From contig JAUYFQ010000062.1 of NCBI GenBank assembly GCA_030690895.1, forward strand, positions 1-40,000: a stretch of 40,000 nt of DNA, given 5' to 3'. The translations under genes and the position numbers were made by a program. This DNA comes from Sulfuricellaceae bacterium (GTDB taxonomy: Bacteria > Pseudomonadota > Gammaproteobacteria > Burkholderiales > Sulfuricellaceae). Of the stretch, positions 27,494-35,346 are shown piece by piece; the stretch's first letter is position 1; each line of letters opens with the position of its first letter. Under the pieces are notes generated by a model. The model ran no database searches and was not told the origin of the DNA. It saw only the letters and a program-made list of their open reading frames with translations.

Positions 27494-28333
27494 CTAGCGC
27501 GCTTCTTTTTTCCAGATGCTGCGATAGACCTCTCGCTGATTCTGATACTCTCCATCCTGCGCCGGGACGAAGCCATAGGGTGCTTCCTGCTTGATGATGG
27601 CGGCACTCGCAGCCAGAATTTTCATCCCTTCCGAGTCGTCTGCCATGCCAACCATCGCGTCCCGCACGGCTTTCACTACCTGAGCTGGAATTCGCGGGTG
27701 TGCGGCAGCCGGAAAGTCGAGATACTCGCCGGATGTCCACAGCGCCCGGTACTTGAAGTTCTCGCGCTCGCCATATCCGCGCATGACCTTGGAATTGACT
27801 CCCGCAGCCATAATGGCGCCAGACCGCAGTTGTGCCATGACCCCTTCCTGATTGCCTGCAAAGACCGGTTTTACCTCTATCCCCGCCTGAATCAGCATGG
27901 ACATTGGCGCTGCGTAGCCTGTGAATCCATTTTTATTGGGGAAGCCGATTTCCTTGCCTTGCAAGTCATTCAGCGACCGTATGGGCGAATTTTCCGCCAC
28001 AACGATCTGGCTTAGCAAGGGTTTGCCAGCTACTCGGGCAAATACCCGGTAGCCTGCTGCATCATGGCTGGGCGCAAAAATATGGTTGTTGAAAACGAAA
28101 TCGTATTCGCCCCGCATTTCGGCATCAGAGGTTTCCTGTGAGGTTTTGCCCATTTTGAGCTCCAGCGTGACGCCACTCTTTCTGCTGACGTACTCCAGGA
28201 TTGGGTTCCAGTATTCAGCGGTAAGCAGGGCGCTACGATGGTTGAGCACGCCGAAGGAATAGGTTTCCGCCCAGGCGGACTGCGAAAAGAAGGCCAGAAA
28301 CAGGAGGAATGCCGAGAAGATCGATTTGTTCAC
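27494..28333 (-). CDS. PhnD/SsuA-like periplasmic substrate-binding protein
   Basis: Signal peptide (FLLFLAFFSQSAWA) and the family pattern (YSFGVLNHRSALLTAEYWNPILEYV...). Lies directly upstream of the sensor gene. Confidence 0.75.
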   Translation of the reverse strand: MNKSIFSAFLLFLAFFSQSAWAETYSFGVLNHRSALLTAEYWNPILEYVSRKSGVTLELKMGKTSQETSDAEMRGEYDFVFNNHIFAPSHDAAGYRVFARVAGKPLLSQIVVAENSPIRSLNDLQGKEIGFPNKNGFTGYAAPMSMLIQAGIEVKPVFAGNQEGVMAQLRSGAIMAAGVNSKVMRGYGERENFKYRALWTSGEYLDFPAAAHPRIPAQVVKAVRDAMVGMADDSEGMKILAASAAIIKQEAPYGFVPAQDGEYQNQREVYRSIWKKEAR

Positions 28334-28419
28334 CAGGATTCCCCCGCCATGTCAAATTGTCAGATTTTGCGATCATCCAGCAAATCGCCTGTTTTGCCAA
28401 GAAATGCTTGTTGTTCCGG

Positions 28420-28490
28420 TGATGAGTAATGGGTGATGGGTAATGAGTGATAAAAACCTCCGCCCATCACCCATCACCCATTACTCATCA
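28420..28490. repeat. heptamer-array palindrome (RGTRATG units) in the divergent region upstream of hoxF
   Basis: Perfect 22-bp inverted repeat TGATGAGTAATGGGTGATGGGT (28420-28441) and ACCCATCACCCATTACTCATCA (28469-28490), each arm built from tandem 7-mers. Confidence 0.85.
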
Positions 28491-28553
28491 ATCTGTTTTT
28501 GGTCATACTTCTGGAGTAAAGTTGAAACTCCAAATCTTAGGCGAGACCGAATA

Positions 28554-30383
28554 ATGGAATCCCGGGAAATTCAGAATATGGAGTCATTTCTTGCTTCGCT
28601 TCTCAAGCAGAGCGGCGAGGACTCCGGCTCCCTGCTGCAAATTCTGCGCGAGGTGCAGGATCATTTTCATTTCATTCCGCCTGAAGCCATCGAATGGCTT
28701 GCTGCACGGCTGGATGTGCCACGCAGCCGGATCGAGGGCGTGGCGGGGTTTTATTCCTTTCTGTCCTTGGCCCCGCAGGGGGAATACCGCGTCCTGTTCT
28801 CCGACAATATCACCGATCAGATGCTGGGCAAGCTGGAGCTGATGCAGTATTTCTGCAACAAGCTGTGGGTCGAGCCGGGCAAGGTTTCGGAAGACAATCT
28901 GGTAAGCGTGGACAGCACGTCCTGCACCGGGATGTGCGACCAGGGGCCAGCAGCGCTGGTGAATGGCTGGCCGCTGACCAATCTCGACCCCAACCGGCTG
29001 GACTTGATTGCCGAGCTGATCCGCGTACGCAAGCCGCTGGCCGATTGGCCGCCGATGTTGTTTGAGGTGCAGGACAAGATACAGAAGGCTGGCGTCTTGC
29101 TGGGCGAGGCGTTTGAGCCCGGAGCGGCAATCCGCGCCACGCTGGCGCGCGGCGCGATGGCGACGCTGGATGAAGTGGAACGCGCCAATCTGCGAGGACG
29201 GGGCGGAGCCGGGTTCAAGACCGCGTCCAAGTGGCGTTTTTGTCACGCTGCCATCGACGAGCGCGAGGGCAGCATGATCTGCGATGTGGGCGGCCTGCCG
29301 CAGCGGGTCATGGTGTGTAACGCCGACGAGGGCGAACCGGGGACGTTCAAGGATCGCGTGCTGCTCAATAGCTACGCCGATCTGGTGTTCGAGGGCATGA
29401 CGGTGGGTGCGCGGGTGGTCGGGGCGAGCCTGGGTTTTCTCTACCTGCGCGGTGAATACCGCTATCTGAAAGCGCCACTGGAAGCCGTACTGGCGCGTCG
29501 GCGCGAGAGCGGGTTGCTGGGGCGCTCGATTTTGGGTGAGGCAGGATTCGATTTCGATATTGAAATCCATCTGGGGGCGGGCGCCTATATCTGTGGCGAG
29601 GAATCGGCGCTGATCGAGTCGCTCGAAGGCCAGCGCGGACGGCCGCGCAACCGACCCCCTTTTCCGGTGACGCAAGGCTACATGGGCAGGCCGACGGTCG
29701 TGGATAACGTCGAGACGTTCGCCTGCGCCGCAAAAATTGCCGAGAAGGGCGGCGCATGGTTTGCCGCCATGGGCACGGCGCAATCGACCGGCAGCAAGCT
29801 GCTTAGCATCTCCGGCGACTGCGAGCGGCCCGGTATTTACGAATACCCGTTCGGGGTAACGGTAGAAGAAGTGCTACGCGATTGTGGCGCAAGTGATGCG
29901 CATGCCGTGCAGGTAAGCGGCCCTTCCGGAACGCTGGTTTCCTGGCAGGAATTCGGTCGCCGGATTGCGTTCGAGGATATTCCGACCGCCGGCGCATTCA
30001 TGGTTTTCCACCGCCAGCGCGAAATGTTTCTGGCAGCACATAATTTCACGAATTTTTTTGCGCATGAAAGCTGCGGTTTCTGCACCCCGTGCCGGGTCGG
30101 CACGCAATTACAAAAGCGCATCATGGACAAGATCGCCAGCGGTCACGGCACCCCGGCTGATCTGGAAGAACTCAAACGGCTGGGCGAGATTCTGGTCAAT
30201 ACCAGTCATTGCGGTCTGGGACACAGCGCGGCCAACCCCATCCTGGATACGCTGAAAAAATTCCCCGGCACGTTTGAGCGCAAACTCAAAAATCTGGCTT
30301 TTGAGCCCGCCTTCGACCTGGACGGCGCATTGGCAACCGCACGCCAGATTACCGGGCGAGATGATGAATGGGCGCATTTGTAA
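28554..30383 (+). CDS. hoxF: NAD-reducing [NiFe] hydrogenase diaphorase subunit HoxF (fused NuoE-like and NuoF-like)
   Basis: FMN site RGRGGAGFKT, NADH site GAGAYICGEESALIESLEG and 4Fe-4S site ESCGFCTPCRVG. Start taken at ATG 28554 because the track start (28443) lies inside the repeat. Confidence 0.88.
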   Translation: MESREIQNMESFLASLLKQSGEDSGSLLQILREVQDHFHFIPPEAIEWLAARLDVPRSRIEGVAGFYSFLSLAPQGEYRVLFSDNITDQMLGKLELMQYFCNKLWVEPGKVSEDNLVSVDSTSCTGMCDQGPAALVNGWPLTNLDPNRLDLIAELIRVRKPLADWPPMLFEVQDKIQKAGVLLGEAFEPGAAIRATLARGAMATLDEVERANLRGRGGAGFKTASKWRFCHAAIDEREGSMICDVGGLPQRVMVCNADEGEPGTFKDRVLLNSYADLVFEGMTVGARVVGASLGFLYLRGEYRYLKAPLEAVLARRRESGLLGRSILGEAGFDFDIEIHLGAGAYICGEESALIESLEGQRGRPRNRPPFPVTQGYMGRPTVVDNVETFACAAKIAEKGGAWFAAMGTAQSTGSKLLSISGDCERPGIYEYPFGVTVEEVLRDCGASDAHAVQVSGPSGTLVSWQEFGRRIAFEDIPTAGAFMVFHRQREMFLAAHNFTNFFAHESCGFCTPCRVGTQLQKRIMDKIASGHGTPADLEELKRLGEILVNTSHCGLGHSAANPILDTLKKFPGTFERKLKNLAFEPAFDLDGALATARQITGRDDEWAHL

Positions 30384-30566
30384 TGGGTCTTCGTAACGAC
30401 TCAGGCCTCTCGCCAAAATGGAGGAAAAATGTTGGGTTACGGTGCAAAAAACGGCACCTGACAGTATCTAACATGGAATGGCTTTACACGTATGGTGACA
30501 TGGATGCGAGGTGCATCTCTTGCACGGCAAGAACCGTGTTACAGCTCTTGATATCAACCCAATAAA

Positions 30567-30583
30567 GGTATAGTTTATATACC
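30567..30583 (+). promoter_or_regulatory. putative brnTA operator
   Basis: GGTATA-N5-TATACC palindrome ending 1 nt before the brnT ATG. TTGATATCAA palindrome at 30548-30557. Confidence 0.4.
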
Positions 30584-30847
30584 ATGCTTACCTTTGAGTT
30601 TGACGAATCCAAGAGCCAGGCAAATTTTTCCAAGCACGGCATCAACTTCGTTGATGCACAGCTTCTATGGAATGACCCGATGCTATTGGAAATCCCGGCA
30701 AAAACGGAAGAGGAGCCCCGATATCTGGTGATAGGGCTTATCAACGGAAAACACTGGTCAGCCATCTTCACCCACAGAGGCGTAAATATCCGACTGATTT
30801 CCGTTCGTCGGTCGCGAACTGAGGAGGTAGCACTCTATGAAAGCTGA
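30584..30847 (+). CDS. brnT: BrnT-family (DUF497) type II toxin
   Basis: 87 aa with the pattern FEFDESKSQANFSKHGINFVDA...LISVRRSR typical of BrnT. Overlaps the downstream antitoxin gene. Confidence 0.8.
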   Translation: MLTFEFDESKSQANFSKHGINFVDAQLLWNDPMLLEIPAKTEEEPRYLVIGLINGKHWSAIFTHRGVNIRLISVRRSRTEEVALYES

Positions 30848-31106
30848 AACATTCGATAAGCAGTTTGATGAAGGCGCAGATGTTACCGCCTCTCTGGATT
30901 TATCCAAGGCAAAGCGAGTTTTGCTGGAGCAAAAACGCGTTAACGTCGATTTCCCTACATGGATGATTGAATCGTTAGATCGAGAAGCGGGGAGGCTCGG
31001 AGTTACCCGGCAATCCATCATCAAGGTGTGGCTCGCCGAGCGCCTCGAAAGCTCCGCTCCTGGCACGCAACCCCAGCGGGTGTGCCGCGATGTGGCTCTT
31101 CGCTAA
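30837..31106 (+). CDS. brnA: BrnA-type CopG/RHH antitoxin
   Basis: 89 aa. The C-terminal RHH-like segment (VNVDFPTWMIESLDREAGRLGVTRQSIIKVWLAERL) is typical of BrnA. 11-nt overlap with brnT. Confidence 0.75.
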   Translation: MKAETFDKQFDEGADVTASLDLSKAKRVLLEQKRVNVDFPTWMIESLDREAGRLGVTRQSIIKVWLAERLESSAPGTQPQRVCRDVALR

Positions 31107-31168
31107 ACTCCACGAAACCATCAGGGTGAATAAGAAAGGATGGCCTGTGGTTAACAAGGCGTTTTGAA

Positions 31169-31906
31169 ATGAAGACTCTGAAAATAGACGGATGCGAAAT
31201 CCCCTTCACCACCGGGCAGACCATCATGGATGCGGCGCTGGCTGCCGGGGTTTATATCCCGCATCTGTGCCATCACCCCGAATTCAAGCCGCACGGTAGT
31301 TGCAAGCTGTGTACGGTGAAGGTGAACGGGCGTCATGTGTCGGCCTGTACCTTGCCGGTGGGCGAGGGTATGGAGGTGGAGAACAATAGTGCGGAACTGA
31401 ATGCCGATCGCCTTGCGCTGGTGCAGATGCTGTTTGTCGAGGGCAATCACTTGTGTCCGACTTGCGAAAAAAGCGGGAATTGCCAGCTCCAGGCGGTGGC
31501 CTACCATCTCAATATGTTGACCCCGCATTACAATCATTTTTACCCGCCGCGCGAGCTTGATGCCTCTCATCCCGATGTGTTCCTGGATCGCAACCGCTGC
31601 ATTTTGTGCGAGCTGTGTGTGCGAGCCAGTCGGGATGTGGATGGCAAGGAGGTGTTTGGCCTTTCCGGGCGTGGAGCCAGTTCCCGCCTGGTGGTGAATT
31701 CACCCAGCGGCAGGCTGGCCGATAGCAGCTTTGCTGTTACCGACAAGGCCGCCAGGGTGTGCCCGACCGGCGCGATTCTGATCAAGCGGGTGGGATTCAG
31801 CGTGCCGATTGGTGAGCGGATTTTTGATCGGCATGACATTAGTGAACTGGGCATTAGTGAACCGGGCGAAGGTGGAGGTCAACATGGCAGTTTCCCTCTC
31901 TCCTAA
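31169..31906 (+). CDS. hoxU: hydrogenase diaphorase iron-sulfur subunit HoxU
   Basis: A 2Fe-2S N-terminus (CHHPEFKPHGSCKLCTV) followed by 4Fe-4S motifs (CPTCEKSGNC, CILCELCVRAS). The last codons and the TAA stop lie inside a repeat element. Confidence 0.9.
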   Translation: MKTLKIDGCEIPFTTGQTIMDAALAAGVYIPHLCHHPEFKPHGSCKLCTVKVNGRHVSACTLPVGEGMEVENNSAELNADRLALVQMLFVEGNHLCPTCEKSGNCQLQAVAYHLNMLTPHYNHFYPPRELDASHPDVFLDRNRCILCELCVRASRDVDGKEVFGLSGRGASSRLVVNSPSGRLADSSFAVTDKAARVCPTGAILIKRVGFSVPIGERIFDRHDISELGISEPGEGGGQHGSFPLS

Positions 31907-32561
31907 CTCTCTCCCGGGGGGTAGCCCCCTCCCCAACCCTCCCCCGCAAGCGGGAGAGGGGGCAATGGTCAAGGGCGCTTGTTCTGATTTGAGGGACGCA
32001 GGCTCGCTTTGCGAGTCTCATATTAGGCCTAAAATCCGTATTGCCACCTGTTCGCTGGCGGGCTGCTTCGGCTGCCACATGTCCTTGCTGGATATTGATG
32101 AAAAACTGCTCGATCTGCTTGAGCTGGTCGAATTCAACCGTAGCCCGTTAACCGATATCAAACACTGCGGGCCGTGTGATGTCGGTATTGTCGAAGGCGG
32201 GGTGTGCAATGCCGAGAATGTCCACGTCCTGAAGGAATTTCGCAAGCACTGCAAGGTGTTGGTCGCCATGGGCGCCTGCGCGATTACCGGCGGCCTGCCC
32301 GCCATGCGCAACAATATTGACCTGTGGGACTGCTTTCAGGAGGTGTATCTGTACGAAGGCGGGCTGGAGGGTGGACAAATTCCAAATGACCCCGAGCTGC
32401 CCCTGCCGTTCGACAAGGTTCACCCCATCTATGAAGTGGTCAAAGTGGATTATTTCCTGCCCGGCTGTCCGCCCTCTGCCGATGCGATCTGGCACTTCTT
32501 GACCGAATTGCTGGCGGGCAGGGAACCAGGCGTGACCGGGAAGCAATTACATTTTGATTAG
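31884..32561 (+). CDS. hoxY: [NiFe] hydrogenase small subunit HoxY
   Basis: The conserved core starts at KIRIATCSLAGCFGCHMSLLDIDE. ATG 31884 has GGAGG 6 nt upstream. An alternative ATG at 31965 lies inside the repeat. The N-terminal ~27 aa are repeat-encoded. Confidence 0.85.
   Translation: MAVSLSPNSLPGGSPLPNPPPQAGEGAMVKGACSDLRDAGSLCESHIRPKIRIATCSLAGCFGCHMSLLDIDEKLLDLLELVEFNRSPLTDIKHCGPCDVGIVEGGVCNAENVHVLKEFRKHCKVLVAMGACAITGGLPAMRNNIDLWDCFQEVYLYEGGLEGGQIPNDPELPLPFDKVHPIYEVVKVDYFLPGCPPSADAIWHFLTELLAGREPGVTGKQLHFD
31888..31977. repeat. composite palindromic repeat at the hoxU/hoxY junction
   Basis: Module TTTCCCTCTCTCCTAACTCTCTCCC (31891-31915) plus a core at 31925-31977 that is 52/53 identical to 38659-38711. 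Confidence 0.85.
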
Positions 32562-32633
32562 GGATGTTGGCTGTTTCCGCACCCCTTATGTGTCCAGCGA
32601 TTCTGGAAATTACTGGGGCGTTTCTTGTTGTTT

Positions 32634-32646
32634 AACGCGTCGCGTT
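32634..32646 (+). promoter_or_regulatory. putative HigA operator upstream of higB
   Basis: Perfect palindrome AACGC-GTC-GCGTT, 14 nt upstream of the higB ATG. The same half-sites recur at 33054-33066. Confidence 0.45.
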
Positions 32647-32659
32647 ATATCATGCAGCC

Positions 32660-32938
32660 ATGATTCAGTCATTCAAGTGCAGCATTACGCAGGCGCTGTT
32701 TTCCGGGCAGGCTGCTCCACGCTTTATAAATATCCGTTCTGTTGCTGAACGAAAATTGCAAATGTTGCACCGGGCAACGCGTTTGGATGATTTGCGTATC
32801 CCGCCTCAAAATAGGCTGGAAAAGCTGAAAGGTACTCGCAAGGCGCAATGGAGTATCCGCATCAATGACCAATGGCGCATATGCTTTCGTTTTGAAGATG
32901 GGAATGCTTTTGAAGTTGAGATCGTGGACTACCACTAA
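32660..32938 (+). CDS. higB: HigB-type (RelE/ParE superfamily) toxin
   Basis: 92 aa with IRINDQWRICFRFEDGNAFEVEIVDYH, typical of plasmid-maintenance killer HigB. Confidence 0.8.
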   Translation: MIQSFKCSITQALFSGQAAPRFINIRSVAERKLQMLHRATRLDDLRIPPQNRLEKLKGTRKAQWSIRINDQWRICFRFEDGNAFEVEIVDYH

Positions 32939-33046
32939 CGGGCATGGCGAATTGCCGCCCCAAATAATGTACCCATGGGCATAAAAAACATCGATTCGCC
33001 ATGCCCGTTTCCCCCACCCCTGCCCTCCCCCGGTGGGAGAGGGGGA
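32939..33046. repeat. two repeat hairpins in the higB-higA spacer
   Basis: Hairpin CGGGCATGGCGAATTG (32939-32954) with CGATTCGCCATGCCCG (32992-33007), then a degenerate GC-rich core CCCCCACCCCTGCCCTCCCCCGGTGGGAGAGGGGG (33011-33045). Confidence 0.65.
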
Positions 33047-33084
33047 CGAAGGCAACGCTTCGCGTTGTTTCACGTTAAAAGGAA

Positions 33085-33399
33085 ATGATTGTGACTGTGA
33101 CCAATGGCATGCGCCCGATTCATCCGGGAGAAATTTTGCGCGAGGAATTCATGATCCCTCTGGGACTGTCTGCCAACGCGTTGGCGCTCGCCCTGCGCGT
33201 ACCTGCGCCACGCGTTAATGACATTGCGCGAGAGCGACGCGCGATCAGTGCCGATACCGCTCTACGCCTGTCACGCTATTTTGGCACCAGCGCGGAATTC
33301 TGGCTGGGCTTACAAGCTGACTTTGACCTGAAAATCACTCAGGCTGAAAATGGCATCAAAATTGAACAGGATATTGTCCCCATGCCCGTTGCGGCATAG
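33085..33399 (+). CDS. higA: HigA-family HTH antitoxin
   Basis: Contains HPGEILREEF...GLSANALALALRVPAPRVNDIARERRAISADTALRLSRYFGTSAEFWLGLQ, classic HigA/VapI. Alternative ATG at 33109. Confidence 0.85.
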   Translation: MIVTVTNGMRPIHPGEILREEFMIPLGLSANALALALRVPAPRVNDIARERRAISADTALRLSRYFGTSAEFWLGLQADFDLKITQAENGIKIEQDIVPMPVAA

Positions 33400-33412
33400 C
33401 GGCGAATCAGCT

Positions 33413-34897
33413 ATGACATTTGAACTGGAAACTGCCGCCCACCCGGAAAACCTCAGACGCGTGGTGATCGAGCCCGTGACCCGCGTGGAAGGGCACGGAA
33501 AAGTCACCCTGCTGATGGACGAGAATAACCGCGTGCACCAAGCGCGCTTTCATATTGTCGAATTTCGCGGTTTCGAGAAATTCATCCAGGGGCGGCCATA
33601 TACCGAGGTGCCGGTGCTGGTGCAGCGCCTGTGCGGGATTTGCCCGGTCAGCCACCATCTGGCGGCGACCAAGGCGATGGACCAGATTGTCGGCGCAACG
33701 ATCACCCCCAGTGCAGAAAAGCTGCGCCGCCTCATGCACATGGGGCAGATTTTGCAATCTCACGCCCTGCATTTCTTTTATCTGGCCTCGCCGGATTTGT
33801 TGTTCGGTTTTGATGCCGAGGTGGGGCAGCGCAATATCGTGGGTGTGGCAACTGCTTTTCCGGACATCGCCCGCCAGGGCATCGCCCTGCGCAAGTATGG
33901 GCAGGAAATCATTCGTCTGACGGCTGGCAAGCGCGTCCATGGCACGGGCTCCATCCCCGGCGGGGTCAACAAGAATCTGAACCGCGCCGAGCGGGATGGT
34001 TTGCTGGCCGAGATCGACCAGATCATTGCCTGGAGCCTGGCGGCGGTGCAAATGGTGAAAAAACTCTTCAGTGACCGGCCAGAGTTTTATACCGGCTTCG
34101 GCTTCTATCGCTCCAGCTTCATGAGCCTGGTGCGCCCGGATGGCGCGCTGGACTTGTACCACGGCGGCTTGCGCGCCCGCGATGAGCACGGACAGGATAT
34201 TTTCGACCATCTCGATACCGACCGTTACTGGGACGTCATCCACGAAGAAGTCAAACCCTGGTCGTACATGAAATTCCCCTTCATCCGCTCGCGTGGGCCG
34301 GAGGAGGGCTGGTATCGGGTGGGACCGCTGGCACGGGTGAACAATTGCGATTTCATTCCCAGTCCCCTGGCAGAGCAGGAACGCCAGGTTTTCAAGCAAG
34401 CCGGCGATGCCACTCATGCCACGCTGGCCTACCACTGGACGCGCATGATAGAAATGTTGCACTGCGCCGAAGTCATCCGCGAGCTGTTGCTGGACGACGA
34501 CCTGTCCGGGGACGATCTGGTCAATACCGGCGAGCGTCAGTTGCGCGGCGTCGGGGTGATCGAAGCGCCACGCGGCACCTTGATTCACCACTACCGCATC
34601 AATGAAGACGAACAGATCGTGCGCGCCAACCTGATCGTTTCCACTACCCACAACAACCATGCCATGAACGAAGCCATTCGCCAGGTGGCGCTGCAATATC
34701 TGGATGGACAGGAACTGACCGAAGGCCTGCTCAACCATATCGAAGTCGCCATCCGCGCCTTCGACCCCTGCCTCTCCTGCGCCACTCATGCGTTGGGAAA
34801 AATGCCGCTGGAAGTGGAGTTGCTGGATGCCGCCGGAACGCAGGTCGGTCGTCTGGTGAAAAACTCTGAAGAGCCGGACTGGTGCGCCCCATCCTGA
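33413..34897 (+). CDS. hoxH: [NiFe] hydrogenase large subunit HoxH
   Basis: N-terminal Ni-binding RLCGICPVSH and C-terminal DPCLSCATH followed by a cleavable extension. ATG 33413 lies 13 nt after the higA stop; the track start 33350 would overlap higA. Confidence 0.92.
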   Translation: MTFELETAAHPENLRRVVIEPVTRVEGHGKVTLLMDENNRVHQARFHIVEFRGFEKFIQGRPYTEVPVLVQRLCGICPVSHHLAATKAMDQIVGATITPSAEKLRRLMHMGQILQSHALHFFYLASPDLLFGFDAEVGQRNIVGVATAFPDIARQGIALRKYGQEIIRLTAGKRVHGTGSIPGGVNKNLNRAERDGLLAEIDQIIAWSLAAVQMVKKLFSDRPEFYTGFGFYRSSFMSLVRPDGALDLYHGGLRARDEHGQDIFDHLDTDRYWDVIHEEVKPWSYMKFPFIRSRGPEEGWYRVGPLARVNNCDFIPSPLAEQERQVFKQAGDATHATLAYHWTRMIEMLHCAEVIRELLLDDDLSGDDLVNTGERQLRGVGVIEAPRGTLIHHYRINEDEQIVRANLIVSTTHNNHAMNEAIRQVALQYLDGQELTEGLLNHIEVAIRAFDPCLSCATHALGKMPLEVELLDAAGTQVGRLVKNSEEPDWCAPS

Positions 34898-35340
34898 TTT
34901 TTGGCTACGGCAACCCGAGCCGGGGTGACGATGCCATTGGCCCGCTCCTGATCGAGCAACTGGCCAGGCTGGACTTGCCGGACGTGGATCTATTGACGGA
35001 TTTCCAGCTCCAGGTCGAGCATGCGCTGGATCTGCGCGGGCGCGAGCGGGTGTTGTTTGTCGATGCCAGTTATGTCTGCCAAGACCCTTATGAGCTGACC
35101 CGCATCCAGCCTGCGGCTGACGCCAGCTATACCTCCCACGCCATGAGTCCTGCGGCAGTGCTGCAAGCCTGTGCCGAATTGTATGGTGAGGAACCCGAGA
35201 GCTGGATGCTGGCAGTGAGGGGCGTCTCGTTTGAGTTGGGCGAGCCTTTGAGCGTCGAGGCTACAGGCAGTCTGGATGCGGCTGTTACGAAGGTTTTGGT
35301 GTGGCTTGACGGTGACTGTGCGCAGAATGAAGTAAAATGA
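34882..35340 (+). CDS. hoxW: hydrogenase maturation endopeptidase HoxW
   Basis: The motif GYGNPSRGDDAIGP is typical of HybD/HoxW proteases. The GTG start overlaps the hoxH end by 16 nt. Confidence 0.85.
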   Translation: MRPILIFGYGNPSRGDDAIGPLLIEQLARLDLPDVDLLTDFQLQVEHALDLRGRERVLFVDASYVCQDPYELTRIQPAADASYTSHAMSPAAVLQACAELYGEEPESWMLAVRGVSFELGEPLSVEATGSLDAAVTKVLVWLDGDCAQNEVK

Positions 35341-35346
35341 ACACCT

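Noticed and set aside
28443-28553. N-terminal 37 codons of the 646-aa hoxF track ORF
   Set aside because: They are encoded by the heptamer palindrome (MSDKNLRPSPITHYSS...). Conserved HoxF sequence begins after ATG 28554.
31809-31883. Upstream extension of the hoxY ORF
   Set aside because: It lies wholly inside hoxU in another frame. ATG 31884 has a strong GGAGG site.
33350-33412. Upstream extension of the hoxH ORF
   Set aside because: It would overlap higA by 50 nt. The conserved N-terminus (…VIEPVTRVEGHG) is reached from ATG 33413.
28584-34789. Minus-strand ORFs 28584-29783 and 33407-34789 opposite hoxF and hoxH
   Set aside because: Antisense shadows. The plus frames carry the FMN/NADH/FeS and Ni-binding motifs.
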